From a virus, in the UHGV virus genome UHGV-0105900: 10,850 nucleotides of DNA. The stretch is one strand, 5' to 3'. Made by a program: the position numbers and the translations under genes. A model generated the notes under the pieces. It was given only the letters and a program-made list of their open reading frames with translations, did no database searches and had not been told where the DNA came from. Shown here one piece after another: positions 1 to 8,790 of this stretch. Position 1 is the first letter of the stretch; every line of letters begins with the position of its first letter.

Positions 1-7
1 TACCAGA

Positions 8-43
8 TGTGTACCAAACCATTATTTCTGAGCGTACCAAATA
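8..43 (+). repeat. Two copies of a G(T/C)GTACCAAA motif (8-18 TGTGTACCAAA; 32-43 GCGTACCAAATA) immediately upstream of int; candidate integrase arm-type binding sites / left att region
   Basis: The same two motifs recur at 9300-9310 and 9313-9324 just after the last island gene; spacing differs (13 bp vs 2 bp). Confidence 0.45.
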
Positions 44-49
44 TTATTT

Positions 50-1228
50 ATGGCTATAAGCGACACAAAACTGCGTACTATTTATGGTAAACCATATTCG
101 GGCCCACAAGAAGTGGCTGATGCCGATGGCCTCAGCGTACGAATTTCACCAAAGGGAGTCATCCAGTTCCAGTACCGCTATCGCTGGCATGGCAAGCCTA
201 ATCGACTTGGTCTTGGTCGATACCCATCCCTGTCTTTGAAGGATGCCAGACAGATCACTGCTGACTTGCGAAAGCTCTATTTCTCAGGAACGGATCCACG
301 CACCTATTTTGAAGAGAAGGTGGAGAACTCCATGACGGTCGCCCAGTGTCTCGACTACTGGTTCGACAACTACGTCTCTACAACTCTCAGAGAAAAGACC
401 CAGGCACTTTACCGATCAACGGTTATGAAGCGCATGCATGACGCCTTCCCTAATCGTCCAGCATCTTCTATTACGGTTAAGCAATGGGTTGACCTGCTTA
501 CCGAAGAAGAAAAAGATAATCCACGCCGAGCAAGGCAGGTGCTAAGTCAACTAAGATCAGCAATTAGTTGGTGCATGCGGCGTCAGTTGATAGATAGTTG
601 CGCAATTATGAGCATCCAGCCAAGGGACTTCGGCTCCCGCGCTGAGGTAGGGGATCGGGTGCTGTCGTATCACGAACTGGCTAAGATTTGGCTTGCTATT
701 GAAAGAAGCCGTGCGTCTACGTCAAATAAGCTCCTTCATCAGATGCTTATGCTGTGGGGGGCGAGGCTCTCAGAGCTTAGGCTGGCAAAAAAGACAGAAT
801 TTGACCTGCTGGAAAACGTATGGACCGTACCGAAAGAGCATAGCAAGATGGGTAATGTTATCCGCCGTCCAATCTTCGAACAAATTAAGCCTTTTCTCGA
901 AAAGGCCATGACAACGTACAATGATGTTCTTTTCCCTGGAGAAGACATAAACAAACCGATCAGCATCGCTGCAGCCAACCGATTCGTAAATAGAATAAGG
1001 GGAGGGATGGATCTAGGTTACTGGCGAACACATGATTTCAGAAGAACGCTTGTTACACGTCTGTCCGAGATGAATGTCGAGCCTCATGTTACTGAGCGAA
1101 TGCTCGGTCATGAACTTGGCGGGATAATGTCCGTATACAATAAACACGATTGGATAGAGGCTCAGCGCAAAGCGTATGAGCTTCACGCTGATAAATTGTT
1201 CTGGCACATCAGGAGCATTTCTGATTAA
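50..1228 (+). CDS. int: Tyrosine recombinase / integrase, P4 (IntA) family
   Basis: 392 aa; N-terminal arm-binding-type motif (GLSVRISPKGVIQFQYRYRWHGK...LGLGRYPSLSLKDARQ) typical of P4-like integrases; C-terminal catalytic region with HDFRRT and LGH...Y motifs (R-H-R-Y tyrosine recombinase signature). Confidence 0.9.
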   Translation: MAISDTKLRTIYGKPYSGPQEVADADGLSVRISPKGVIQFQYRYRWHGKPNRLGLGRYPSLSLKDARQITADLRKLYFSGTDPRTYFEEKVENSMTVAQCLDYWFDNYVSTTLREKTQALYRSTVMKRMHDAFPNRPASSITVKQWVDLLTEEEKDNPRRARQVLSQLRSAISWCMRRQLIDSCAIMSIQPRDFGSRAEVGDRVLSYHELAKIWLAIERSRASTSNKLLHQMLMLWGARLSELRLAKKTEFDLLENVWTVPKEHSKMGNVIRRPIFEQIKPFLEKAMTTYNDVLFPGEDINKPISIAAANRFVNRIRGGMDLGYWRTHDFRRTLVTRLSEMNVEPHVTERMLGHELGGIMSVYNKHDWIEAQRKAYELHADKLFWHIRSISD

Positions 1229-1400
1229 CACCACCGTTAAGAATCCACCCCTCAACAGCTTCACGAAGGTATGATTTGGGGTGGGTTCTGACTGGCTTCG
1301 GAAATCCGTGCCGTTTGGTATAGTTCCAGATTGTCTGACGTGATGAAACACCGAGCTTGTTCATCACTTCTTTCTCAGGAATCAGGCTGGTATCGGTCAT
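1209..1400 (-). CDS. AlpA/Xis-family excisionase or transcriptional regulator (HTH_17-like)
   Basis: 63 aa; EKEVMNKLGVSSRQTIWNYTKRHGFPKPV...W matches the AlpA/Vis/TorI-type pattern; GGAGA Shine-Dalgarno upstream; 3' end overlaps int 3' end convergently by 20 nt. Confidence 0.7.
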   Translation of the reverse strand: MTDTSLIPEKEVMNKLGVSSRQTIWNYTKRHGFPKPVRTHPKSYLREAVEGWILNGGVNQKCS

Positions 1401-1415
1401 CTTAATTCTCCAGGC

Positions 1416-1438
1416 AAAAAGAAACCGCCATCAGGCGG
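1416..1438 (-). terminator. Intrinsic terminator (minus strand): CCGCC-ATCA-GGCGG hairpin followed by a U-run
   Basis: Plus-strand A-run 1416-1424 then 5-bp GC stem 1425-1429/1434-1438; on the minus strand this is hairpin plus TTTCTTTTT. Sits just upstream of the xis start. Confidence 0.5.
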
Positions 1439-1598
1439 CTTGGTGTTCTTTCAGTTCTTCAATTCGAATATTGGTTACGTCTGCATGCGCTATCTGCGCC
1501 CATATCATCCAGTGGTTATAGCAGTCGTTGATGCCCTCTGCTTCGATAACTCTGTTGAATGGTTCTCCATTCCATTCACCTGTGACTCGGAAGTGCAT
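1431..1598 (-). CDS. Hypothetical small protein (55 aa)
   Basis: ATG at 1598 preceded by GGAGA; MHFRVTGEWNGEPFNRVIEAEGINDCYNHWMIWAQIAHADVTNIRIEELKEHQAA; below the ORF-track size cutoff; stop codon lies in the loop of the downstream terminator hairpin. Confidence 0.35.
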   Translation of the reverse strand: MHFRVTGEWNGEPFNRVIEAEGINDCYNHWMIWAQIAHADVTNIRIEELKEHQAA

Positions 1599-1610
1599 TT
1601 ATCATCTCCA

Positions 1611-1636
1611 TAAAACAAAACTCGCCGTAGCGAGTT
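1611..1636 (-). terminator. Intrinsic terminator (minus strand), first of a tandem pair
   Basis: 7-bp stem 1619-1625/1630-1636 (core CTCGC/GCGAG, loop CGTA) preceded on the plus strand by A-run 1611-1620, i.e. hairpin then UUUUGUUUU on the minus strand. Confidence 0.55.
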
Positions 1637-1640
1637 CAGA

Positions 1641-1667
1641 TAAAAGAAAACCCGCACTCGGCGGGTT
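1641..1667 (-). terminator. Intrinsic terminator (minus strand), second of a tandem pair; likely end of the PL transcript
   Basis: 7-bp stem 1649-1655/1661-1667 (core CCCGC/GCGGG, loop ACTCG) preceded on the plus strand by A-run 1641-1650, i.e. hairpin then UUUUCUUUU on the minus strand. Confidence 0.6.
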
Positions 1668-1687
1668 CGCATTCGTTCAAATTGCGT

Positions 1688-1786
1688 TTACTTCTTGGCG
1701 TTCTGTTCATCCATATCGATATACCATGGGTTGCTTCCCTTGGGCATGTTTAACGACTGCTCGCGATAGTATCTGATGCGCTCCAT
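1688..1786 (-). CDS. Small ORF (32 aa) with weak recalled resemblance to the C-terminal part of lambda CIII; possibly a remnant
   Basis: MERIRYYREQSLNMPKGSNPWYIDMDEQNAKK; KGSNPWY resembles the KNGSNTYGY region recalled for lambda CIII; position (PL-distal, just before the terminators) matches cIII in lambda. Confidence 0.2.
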   Translation of the reverse strand: MERIRYYREQSLNMPKGSNPWYIDMDEQNAKK

Positions 1787-1946
1787 GAAATACTCGCGTG
1801 AGTGCTCAGGTTGCTCTCATGATACCTGCTCAGTGATAACAGGTATGTTAAGGCGCTCTCTGTACTCCATGCCTGATGCTGCAAGGTCAACGTTTACCTT
1901 GTTCTGTTTTTCTTTCGATTTCTCGGCGATGTTATGCCTGACATTG

Positions 1947-2231
1947 TCAACCCGCCTCCTTCTGAACATAACGGTTATAAATCAGTCCCTGAGGGCCATA
2001 AGGAAGCGGGATGTGCAACTCCTCTGGTTCAGAAACTATCCATTCTCCGGCCATCTCCGCTGGAGAGGTAATGATAAGTTGTTTGCTAATAAAAGGACCA
2101 CTCCTCTCAACAACAAGCTTACCATCTTCATTAATAAAAGCTTGGATGTCAGGTGTGCTTCCACACTTGGTGATGCAGCGTTTGAACATTTTGTGTCCCC
2201 CCATTTTATGTACGGGGTAATTATAACACAT
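1947..2231 (-). CDS. Hypothetical protein, possible Ral-like (restriction alleviation) protein; true start may be the internal ATG at 2189
   Basis: Contains FKRCITKC...INEDGKLV, which resembles recalled lambda Ral (FKRCNGCK...MEDGKYV); lies in the PL operon where lambda has ral; G-rich SD-like run precedes the ATG at 2189. Confidence 0.4.
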   Translation of the reverse strand: MCYNYPVHKMGGHKMFKRCITKCGSTPDIQAFINEDGKLVVERSGPFISKQLIITSPAEMAGEWIVSEPEELHIPLPYGPQGLIYNRYVQKEAG

Positions 2232-2315
2232 TGAAATATAGTAATATTTGACGTAGATTTCTTTTGATCTATAAGCGATTTTTTAATGCTTTTAAGTTAT
2301 AAATACTTGTTTTCA

Positions 2316-2642
2316 TCACCCATCTTGCTGCGGTGCTACTATTGAAAAGTGCTCACACCCTTTAGCCCAAATAGTTTTGATAGTTGTCCAACTGACTGGA
2401 ACCTTGATTTCGATTCTCCCGCTACAGTCACAAGTTTCGCAATCATCATCACCAAAGCATTCCGGGCAGCTTATAAACGTAGTTTCTGAAAATTCACCGG
2501 ATAGCACACCCTTAGCGCCGTTCTCGGCTGTTAGTCTCTTCGGCACCATGACCCAACCATCCGGAATTACCGGAGAGTTGCCGGGTTCTTTAATGTGCAA
2601 GCGAGGCTCACCATCTTTTGGCTCAGGCCACTGGCGCTCCAT
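2316..2642 (-). CDS. Hypothetical Cys-rich protein (108 aa) occupying the N-gene slot immediately downstream of PL
   Basis: ATG at 2642 about 75 nt downstream of the PL start; CPECFGDDDCETCDCSG cluster suggests metal binding; not N-like (no arginine-rich motif). Confidence 0.5.
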   Translation of the reverse strand: MERQWPEPKDGEPRLHIKEPGNSPVIPDGWVMVPKRLTAENGAKGVLSGEFSETTFISCPECFGDDDCETCDCSGRIEIKVPVSWTTIKTIWAKGCEHFSIVAPQQDG

Positions 2643-2658
2643 GTTGATCTTCAATTTA

Positions 2659-2684
2659 TCTTCAGGGCTTAATTTTTAAGAGCC
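2659..2684 (-). promoter_or_regulatory. nutL remnant: boxA-like GGCTCTTAAAAATTAA and truncated boxB (GCCCTGAAGA, lacking the closing AGGGC)
   Basis: Minus-strand leader ATCAGCAGGACGCACTGACCACCATGAAGGTGAGGCTCTTAAAAATTAAGCCCTGAAGA closely matches the recalled lambda PL leader, then diverges inside boxB. Confidence 0.6.
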
Positions 2685-2716
2685 TCACCTTCATGGTGGT
2701 CAGTGCGTCCTGCTGA

Positions 2717-2796
2717 TGGCTTAAAATTACAAGAAAGATTGTATGTTGTAAACAAGAAATATTGTAAAAAGGGGCGTGAAAAACAAACTCCATTGT
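2717..2796 (-). promoter_or_regulatory. PL promoter with three 434-type operators OL1 (2729-2742), OL2 (2752-2765), OL3 (2783-2796)
   Basis: 14-mers ACAAGAAAGATTGT, ACAAGAAATATTGT, ACAAACTCCATTGT (ACAA-N6-TTGT); minus-strand -35 TTTACA (2747-2752), 17-bp spacer, -10 TAATTT (2724-2729), start near 2717. Confidence 0.8.
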
Positions 2797-2845
2797 TTTT
2801 AAATGAAAAATAGTTTGTTTTTGGTTATCGAGATTGAGGTGGGGA

Positions 2846-4198
<1,353 letters not shown>

Positions 4199-4206
4199 GA
4201 CATTCC

Positions 4207-4238
4207 CGCTCTTACACATCCCAGCCCTGAAAAAGGGC
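4207..4238 (+). promoter_or_regulatory. nutR (boxA CGCTCTTACACATCCCA, boxB GCCCTGAAAAAGGGC), followed by a lambda tR1-like region up to the cII start
   Basis: boxB is a perfect GCCCT-GAAAA-AGGGC hairpin at 4224-4238; sequence from here to the cII ATG matches the recalled lambda nutR-tR1-cII leader. Confidence 0.8.
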
Positions 4239-4317
4239 ATCAAATTAAACCACACCTATGGTGTATGCATTTATTTGCATACATTCAATCAATTGTTATC
4301 TAAGGAAATACTTACAT

Positions 4318-4596
4318 ATGCAACTTACAAGTACTCGCAAGAAAGCGAATGCAATTACAAGCAACATCCTGAATCGAATTGCTGTACGTGGTCAGCGAAA
4401 GGTTGCCGACGCGTTAGGGGTTAATGAATCGCAAATTTCGCGATGGAAAGACAGCTTCATCCCCAAAATGGGAATGCTTCTGGCTGTTCTTGAATGGGGT
4501 GTTGAAGACGAGGAGTTGGCGGAACTGGCTAAGCAAGTAGCCAGAATGCTGACAAAAGAAAAAGCCCCGAAGAACGGCGAATTCTTCGAGGCCTGA
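4318..4596 (+). CDS. cII: CII-like transcriptional activator (lambdoid, diverged from lambda CII)
   Basis: 92 aa; SQISRWK...IPK..MLLAVLEWGV core shared with recalled lambda CII; AAGGA SD; start is the internal ATG of track ORF 4258-4596. Confidence 0.85.
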   Translation: MQLTSTRKKANAITSNILNRIAVRGQRKVADALGVNESQISRWKDSFIPKMGMLLAVLEWGVEDEELAELAKQVARMLTKEKAPKNGEFFEA

Positions 4597-4630
4597 TGTA
4601 GAAAGACTGGATCAATCCACAGGAGTAATT

Positions 4631-4792
4631 ATGACAAAACGTCGTAAGAAATACCAGGAAAAAGAAGAGATTCGACACCCTGATTCACCTGAGGGATTAG
4701 TGGTAGCCGCAGCAAATAACAGGGCGTTCGCAGAACGCCTTGTTGGTGTTTACAGACTAGCCAAAGCAGGAGTGAAACATGGGCGTCGTTAA
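4631..4792 (+). CDS. Hypothetical basic small protein (53 aa); possible 5' remnant of the replication-initiator gene or an independent small gene
   Basis: Strong SD AGGAG 6 nt upstream of the ATG; MTKRRKKYQEKEEIRHPDSPEGLVVAAANNRAFAERLVGVYRLAKAGVKHGRR; 3' end overlaps the Q start by 14 nt; below the ORF-track cutoff. Confidence 0.45.
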   Translation: MTKRRKKYQEKEEIRHPDSPEGLVVAAANNRAFAERLVGVYRLAKAGVKHGRR

Positions 4793-5471
4793 GTTAGCTG
4801 ATTACAGGCCTCAACTGGAGGTCGTGGAGCATCGCGTGGCAGATAACGGGAGTTCGGGAAGCGTAGCTAAATTTCATTCGCCAAAAAGCCCGATGATGAG
4901 CGACTCACCACGGGCTACGGCTTCTGACTCTCTTTCCGGTACTGATGTGATGGCTGCTATGGGGATGGCGCAATCACAAGCCGGATTCGGTATGGCTGCA
5001 TTCTGTGGTAAGCACGAACTCAGCCAGAACGACAAACAAAAGGCTATCAACTATCTGATGCAATTTGCACACAAGGTATCGGGGAAATACCGTGGTGTGG
5101 CAAAGATCGAAGGAAATACTAAGGCAAAGGTACTGCAAGTGCTCGCAACATTCGCTTATGCGGATTATTGCCGTAGTGCCGCGACGCCGGGGGCAAGATG
5201 CAGAGATTGCCACGGTACAGGCCGTGTGGTTGATATAGCAAAAACAGAGCAGTGGGGGAGAGTTGTTGAGAAAGAGTGCGGAAGATGCAAAGGTGTCGGC
5301 TATTCAAGGATGCCAGCAAGCGCCGCATATCGCGCTGTAACGATGCTAATTCCAAACCTCACCCAACCCACCTGGTCACGCACTGTTAAGCCGCTGTATG
5401 ACGCTCTGGTGGTGCAATGCCACAAAGAAGAGTCAATCGCAGACAACATTTTGAACGCGGTCACACGTTAG
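4779..5471 (+). CDS. Q: Lambda-type Q late-gene antiterminator (with a different N-terminal ~26 aa)
   Basis: From SVAKFHSPKSPMMSDSPRATASD... to ...ESIADNILNAVTR nearly identical to recalled lambda Q, including the Cys-rich zinc region CRDCHGTGR...CGRCKG; AGGAG SD 6 nt before the ATG at 4779. Confidence 0.88.
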   Translation: MGVVKLADYRPQLEVVEHRVADNGSSGSVAKFHSPKSPMMSDSPRATASDSLSGTDVMAAMGMAQSQAGFGMAAFCGKHELSQNDKQKAINYLMQFAHKVSGKYRGVAKIEGNTKAKVLQVLATFAYADYCRSAATPGARCRDCHGTGRVVDIAKTEQWGRVVEKECGRCKGVGYSRMPASAAYRAVTMLIPNLTQPTWSRTVKPLYDALVVQCHKEESIADNILNAVTR

Positions 5472-5513
5472 CAGCATGATTGCCACGGATGGCAACATAT
5501 TAACGGCATAATA

Positions 5514-5542
5514 TTGACTTTTTGAATAAAGTTGGGTAAATT
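5514..5542 (+). promoter_or_regulatory. PR'-like late promoter (-35 TTGACT 5514-5519, 17-bp spacer, -10 TAAATT 5537-5542) with Q-utilisation region
   Basis: ATATTGACT...GTTGGGTAAATTTGAC closely matches the recalled lambda PR' sequence directly downstream of Q. Confidence 0.75.
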
Positions 5543-5577
5543 TGACATCAACGATGGATAAATGCACTCGTTAAATA

Positions 5578-5614
5578 AAGCCCTGAGTTAATAGCTCTGG
5601 GCTTTTTGCGTTTT
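5578..5614 (+). terminator. tR'-like intrinsic terminator ending a ~60-nt PR' leader RNA
   Basis: Stem 5577-5587/5595-5605 (one T-T mismatch, 7-nt loop) followed by TTTTTGCGTTTT. Confidence 0.7.
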
Positions 5615-5887
5615 AAGCACGGCCTTTCTGAAAGCACATCAAACCAAATACCAGACAGACAATACCCTCACCTTATAGGGACACTTGCTTCAACAGGAGG
5701 GACGGTTAGGACCGCCATCCTATATGGGACGACCGCCAATAGAACCACGGCCACGGTAATAGAACTCTTCAGAGATGGCACAGTCGCTGCCGGGCATACT
5801 TTTACGCTGAGAGATATTTCTTTTGGAGACAGCAGGGCTCTAGGGGCTGATTTTGGAGGCTCCTTCGGGAATCTGTATAAGTTCTAA
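5579..5887 (+). pseudogene. Open frame without an ATG start, ending 1 nt before a GC hairpin; possible 3' remnant of a deleted late/structural gene
   Basis: Frame open from 5579 to TAA 5885-5887 with no internal ATG; Gly/Thr-rich C-terminal sequence; position corresponds to where a tail or tailspike gene abuts gtr in P22-like/Sf phages. Confidence 0.25.
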
Positions 5888-5888
5888 T

Positions 5889-5906
5889 CGGCCGCATCAG
5901 CGGCCG
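5889..5906. terminator. Perfect 7-bp GC hairpin (CGGCCGC-ATCA-GCGGCCG) between convergent units; probable terminator, possibly bidirectional
   Basis: Followed on the plus strand by TATCTCTTT; lies 8 nt downstream of the gtrC stop on the minus strand. Confidence 0.5.
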
Positions 5907-5913
5907 TATCTCT

Positions 5914-7515
5914 TTACAGATAAGCGACGAAATAGCCGTCAATTTTCTTTATTTTAAGTTTGTCGCCATAGATGGATAGGGGCTTCTTGAGCCATGTATC
6001 GTCTGTGGCGACATATATCTCATTATTCCTTAGCGTACCCTTAGCCTTAATTTCGGCTATATATCTTTTGTTATTATCTATCGCTGCTTTGTCTGCTCTA
6101 GCAAAATACCCAAAATTAAGTTTCATTTTTTCTGAAGAAGCAAATTCAGCAAATGGGAGCCAATGTCTTAAGCTGAACTCATCGTAATCAGTGGTTATGA
6201 TAGTGTCCTTCCCTTTGGAGATGACTTCCCACTCTTTACTCAACATTTGAGAGCTGTATGGCTTACCAGTATATATCTCTCGAACGGCTTTGAAAAAGTT
6301 GCTTTCATCCGCCACTGATATTAATAGAATAGGGAGCAAGACATAAGCAGAACTTTTCGAGGTTTTTGCTAAGTATGCCAAAACAATCAACATCAAGATC
6401 ATCGTCACCGGCCAGAAGAACCGACCAGAAGAGCGAAAAACGCCACCAACCTTCATGAGAAAGTCATTCATTGGAATTTCAATGAGATTAAATCCATAAA
6501 AGTTAATTCGATAAGTTATAGAAACGGCAGCCAGAACTAAACAGAAGTACAATACAGGAGATTTTATAATTCTCCTGAAATCTATGGACTTTCTTAAAGA
6601 GGAGTCTATCAGCATAAACAAAAATAGCGTGATGATGCCTAATCCTAGATAATTTATACCCTCAAAGTTAGCCTGTTGACTCCCATGACTCAAGATAAGA
6701 TGTGAGTATCTCTGGTCTCCTGGGTTGAACCAGCCGGCAAGATCCATGTTAAGGAATCCGAATCCAGGGTATGGGTCAGAGCCTTTAATAACAAAGTATC
6801 CGGTAGCATACATTGCGAGAAATATTAACACAGAGTAACACGCGAAAAAGAATGCCGATCTTTTTAAAGATAAACGGTTTGTGTTCAGTTTGTTTAAAAT
6901 GTCAAATGCAAAAATTAAATACACCATTATCAGCAAATATGCATGAATGGTGACTGAGAGAACTAAAATAGCAGCCCATCTTTTAAAGCAAAAAGACCTA
7001 TTGATATAAAGGTAAAATCCAAAAAGAATTAGCCACTGAGCGCCTAATGCAAAGTGACCACCGGCACGATTTAAGAATATTGGTGCAATGCAGAAGAAGC
7101 ATGAACCTATTGCAGAGAATATCTCATCCTTTGTTAACTTACGAAGAACCAAATACGCAGAAAACGTCATAAGCACAAAGCAAAGATACATCCAAAGCCC
7201 GTGATATTGAAATCTGGCGGGGAGAAAGTCGCTAAAAGGCTTGAATATGAAGGCCATAATTGGGATTGAGTCGGTGTAAACGATAGACCCACCTACACCC
7301 ATCCCATAGTTATAATTTAGGCCAAGGGGCCACTGCAACAACGGAGTATTTCGGAAGAAATTCCATCCTGACCAGCTTTGACCAGGATCACCTATCATAA
7401 GCCATCCAACTCTTTTGAAGTCCAGCACATTCACACCAACATACATAGCAAACATTGATGTCGTGAATATAAACATAAATAAGGACGCTAAAATCCTTTT
7501 TTGTGCCTTAGTCAT
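5914..7515 (-). CDS. gtrC: Serotype-specific O-antigen glucosyltransferase (GtrC-type, polytopic membrane protein)
   Basis: 533 aa, many hydrophobic segments, AT-rich codon usage; third gene of a gtrA-gtrB operon with an 8-nt overlap to gtrB; type specificity cannot be assigned from sequence alone. Confidence 0.8.
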   Translation of the reverse strand: MTKAQKRILASLFMFIFTTSMFAMYVGVNVLDFKRVGWLMIGDPGQSWSGWNFFRNTPLLQWPLGLNYNYGMGVGGSIVYTDSIPIMAFIFKPFSDFLPARFQYHGLWMYLCFVLMTFSAYLVLRKLTKDEIFSAIGSCFFCIAPIFLNRAGGHFALGAQWLILFGFYLYINRSFCFKRWAAILVLSVTIHAYLLIMVYLIFAFDILNKLNTNRLSLKRSAFFFACYSVLIFLAMYATGYFVIKGSDPYPGFGFLNMDLAGWFNPGDQRYSHLILSHGSQQANFEGINYLGLGIITLFLFMLIDSSLRKSIDFRRIIKSPVLYFCLVLAAVSITYRINFYGFNLIEIPMNDFLMKVGGVFRSSGRFFWPVTMILMLIVLAYLAKTSKSSAYVLLPILLISVADESNFFKAVREIYTGKPYSSQMLSKEWEVISKGKDTIITTDYDEFSLRHWLPFAEFASSEKMKLNFGYFARADKAAIDNNKRYIAEIKAKGTLRNNEIYVATDDTWLKKPLSIYGDKLKIKKIDGYFVAYL

Positions 7516-8431
7516 TGTGTTTATTCCTTAAGATGTAACGAGGCCTAGCCTTGACTTCAATATATATTCTTCCGATATATTCACCAAGAACGCCAATGCC
7601 GATAAGTTGAATCCCGCCCAAGAACAGGATTGAAACAAGGAGTGAAGGATATCCTCTCACGGCATTTCCAAATGCAATAGTATCGATGATCATCCAGGCT
7701 CCGTAGATAAATGCAAGCCCAGCGACTAGTAATCCAATATAAGTCCACATACGTAGAGGGAATGTAGAAAAGCTAGTAATCCCTTCTAGAGCTAAATTCC
7801 AAAGCTTCCAGCCATTAAACTTTGTGCAACCAGCGACTCGCTCAGCTCTGGCGTATTCTACTACATCTGTTTTCCCGCCAACCCAAGACAAAACGCCCTT
7901 CATGAACAAGTTTCTTTCTGGCATTAGTTTGATATTTTCTACCACTTCTCGTGACATTAAACGGAAGTCACCGACGTTCTCTTCAATTTTGGGATTGCTG
8001 ATTTTATTGTGTAGCTTATAGAACCACTCAGCTGATTTTCGCTTTAAACGACCGTCAGTAGACCTGTCTGTACGTTTGGCCAGAACCATATCCGCCCCAG
8101 CCTGCCACTTCTCAATTAGGTGGGGGATTACTTCAATTGGGTCCTGCAGATCTACATCAATCGGAATGACCGCGTCGCCTGTAGCTTGGTCAAGGCCAGC
8201 AAACAAAGCCGGTTCCTTTCCGAAGTTACGCGTGAAGGAGAGAGGAACTACGAGTGGGTCAGCAATGGCAAGCGCGTTAATAATTGATTCTGTAGCGTCT
8301 TTGCTACCGTCGTTAATGAAGACTATTTCGACTTCATGCTGCTGAAGCCCTTCAAATTCCCGCACGGTTTTATAGAAGATTGGAATTGCTTCCTCTTCAT
8401 TAAACACAGGAACGACCAGAGAAATTTTCAT
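7508..8431 (-). CDS. gtrB: Bactoprenol (undecaprenyl-phosphate) glucosyltransferase GtrB (GT2 family)
   Basis: 307 aa; N-terminal GT2 motifs ([22 protein letters not shown]) plus two C-terminal transmembrane segments; ATGA overlap with the gtrA stop; AGGGA SD. Confidence 0.93.
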   Translation of the reverse strand: MKISLVVPVFNEEEAIPIFYKTVREFEGLQQHEVEIVFINDGSKDATESIINALAIADPLVVPLSFTRNFGKEPALFAGLDQATGDAVIPIDVDLQDPIEVIPHLIEKWQAGADMVLAKRTDRSTDGRLKRKSAEWFYKLHNKISNPKIEENVGDFRLMSREVVENIKLMPERNLFMKGVLSWVGGKTDVVEYARAERVAGCTKFNGWKLWNLALEGITSFSTFPLRMWTYIGLLVAGLAFIYGAWMIIDTIAFGNAVRGYPSLLVSILFLGGIQLIGIGVLGEYIGRIYIEVKARPRYILRNKHND

Positions 8432-8790
8432 TTCACATCCCTAAAGACAATGAACTTTGAATAAATAAACCCGCACACCAGACTGATGGCGGAGAACAGA
8501 ATTAAGGTGATGATTGGTGCCAGACCAGATTTATCCGCCGCCCAACCCACAGCTGCGCTAAGCGTCCCCATAAAGCCGACGTAAAGCATGTATCGCATGG
8601 TTGTTGTGGATGACTTAAACGTGAATCTGGCATTTGCGAAGAAGCTAAATGACACAGCCACAACGAACCCGGCAAAGTTGCCAAGGGCCTGTCCTGTATG
8701 GAATGCATAGATGCAAATTGCGAACACTACCCAGTGAATGAGCGTGTTAATGACACCTATCGATGTGTACTTGGCGAATAACTTTAACAT
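8428..8790 (-). CDS. gtrA: Bactoprenol-linked glucose translocase (flippase) GtrA
   Basis: 120 aa from [23 protein letters not shown]..., matching recalled GtrA; the track ORF extends to a GTG at 8853 but the ATG at 8790 matches the homologue N-terminus. Confidence 0.88.
   Translation of the reverse strand: MLKLFAKYTSIGVINTLIHWVVFAICIYAFHTGQALGNFAGFVVAVSFSFFANARFTFKSSTTTMRYMLYVGFMGTLSAAVGWAADKSGLAPIITLILFSAISLVCGFIYSKFIVFRDVK

Noticed and set aside
693-1351. Track ORFs 693-911 (+), 739-978 (-), 1013-1351 (-) inside or overlapping int
   Set aside because: Embedded in the well-supported integrase frame or antisense to it; no start signals; composition looks like shadow frames.
1528-2679. Plus-strand track ORFs 1528-1776, 1776-2234, 2011-2220, 2377-2679
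   Set aside because: This region is read on the minus strand from PL (leader, operators and terminators all minus-oriented); the plus-strand translations are Cys/Ser/Pro-rich and nonsense-like, so they are treated as antisense shadows.
4974-5355. Minus-strand ORFs 4974-5213 and 5119-5355
   Set aside because: Antisense within the Q coding sequence, which is strongly supported by near-identity to lambda Q.
5972-8708. Track ORFs 5972-6187 (+), 7824-8021 (+), 8076-8345 (+), 8502-8708 (-)
   Set aside because: Lie inside gtrC, gtrB or gtrA on the opposite strand or an alternative frame; the gtr genes are better supported.
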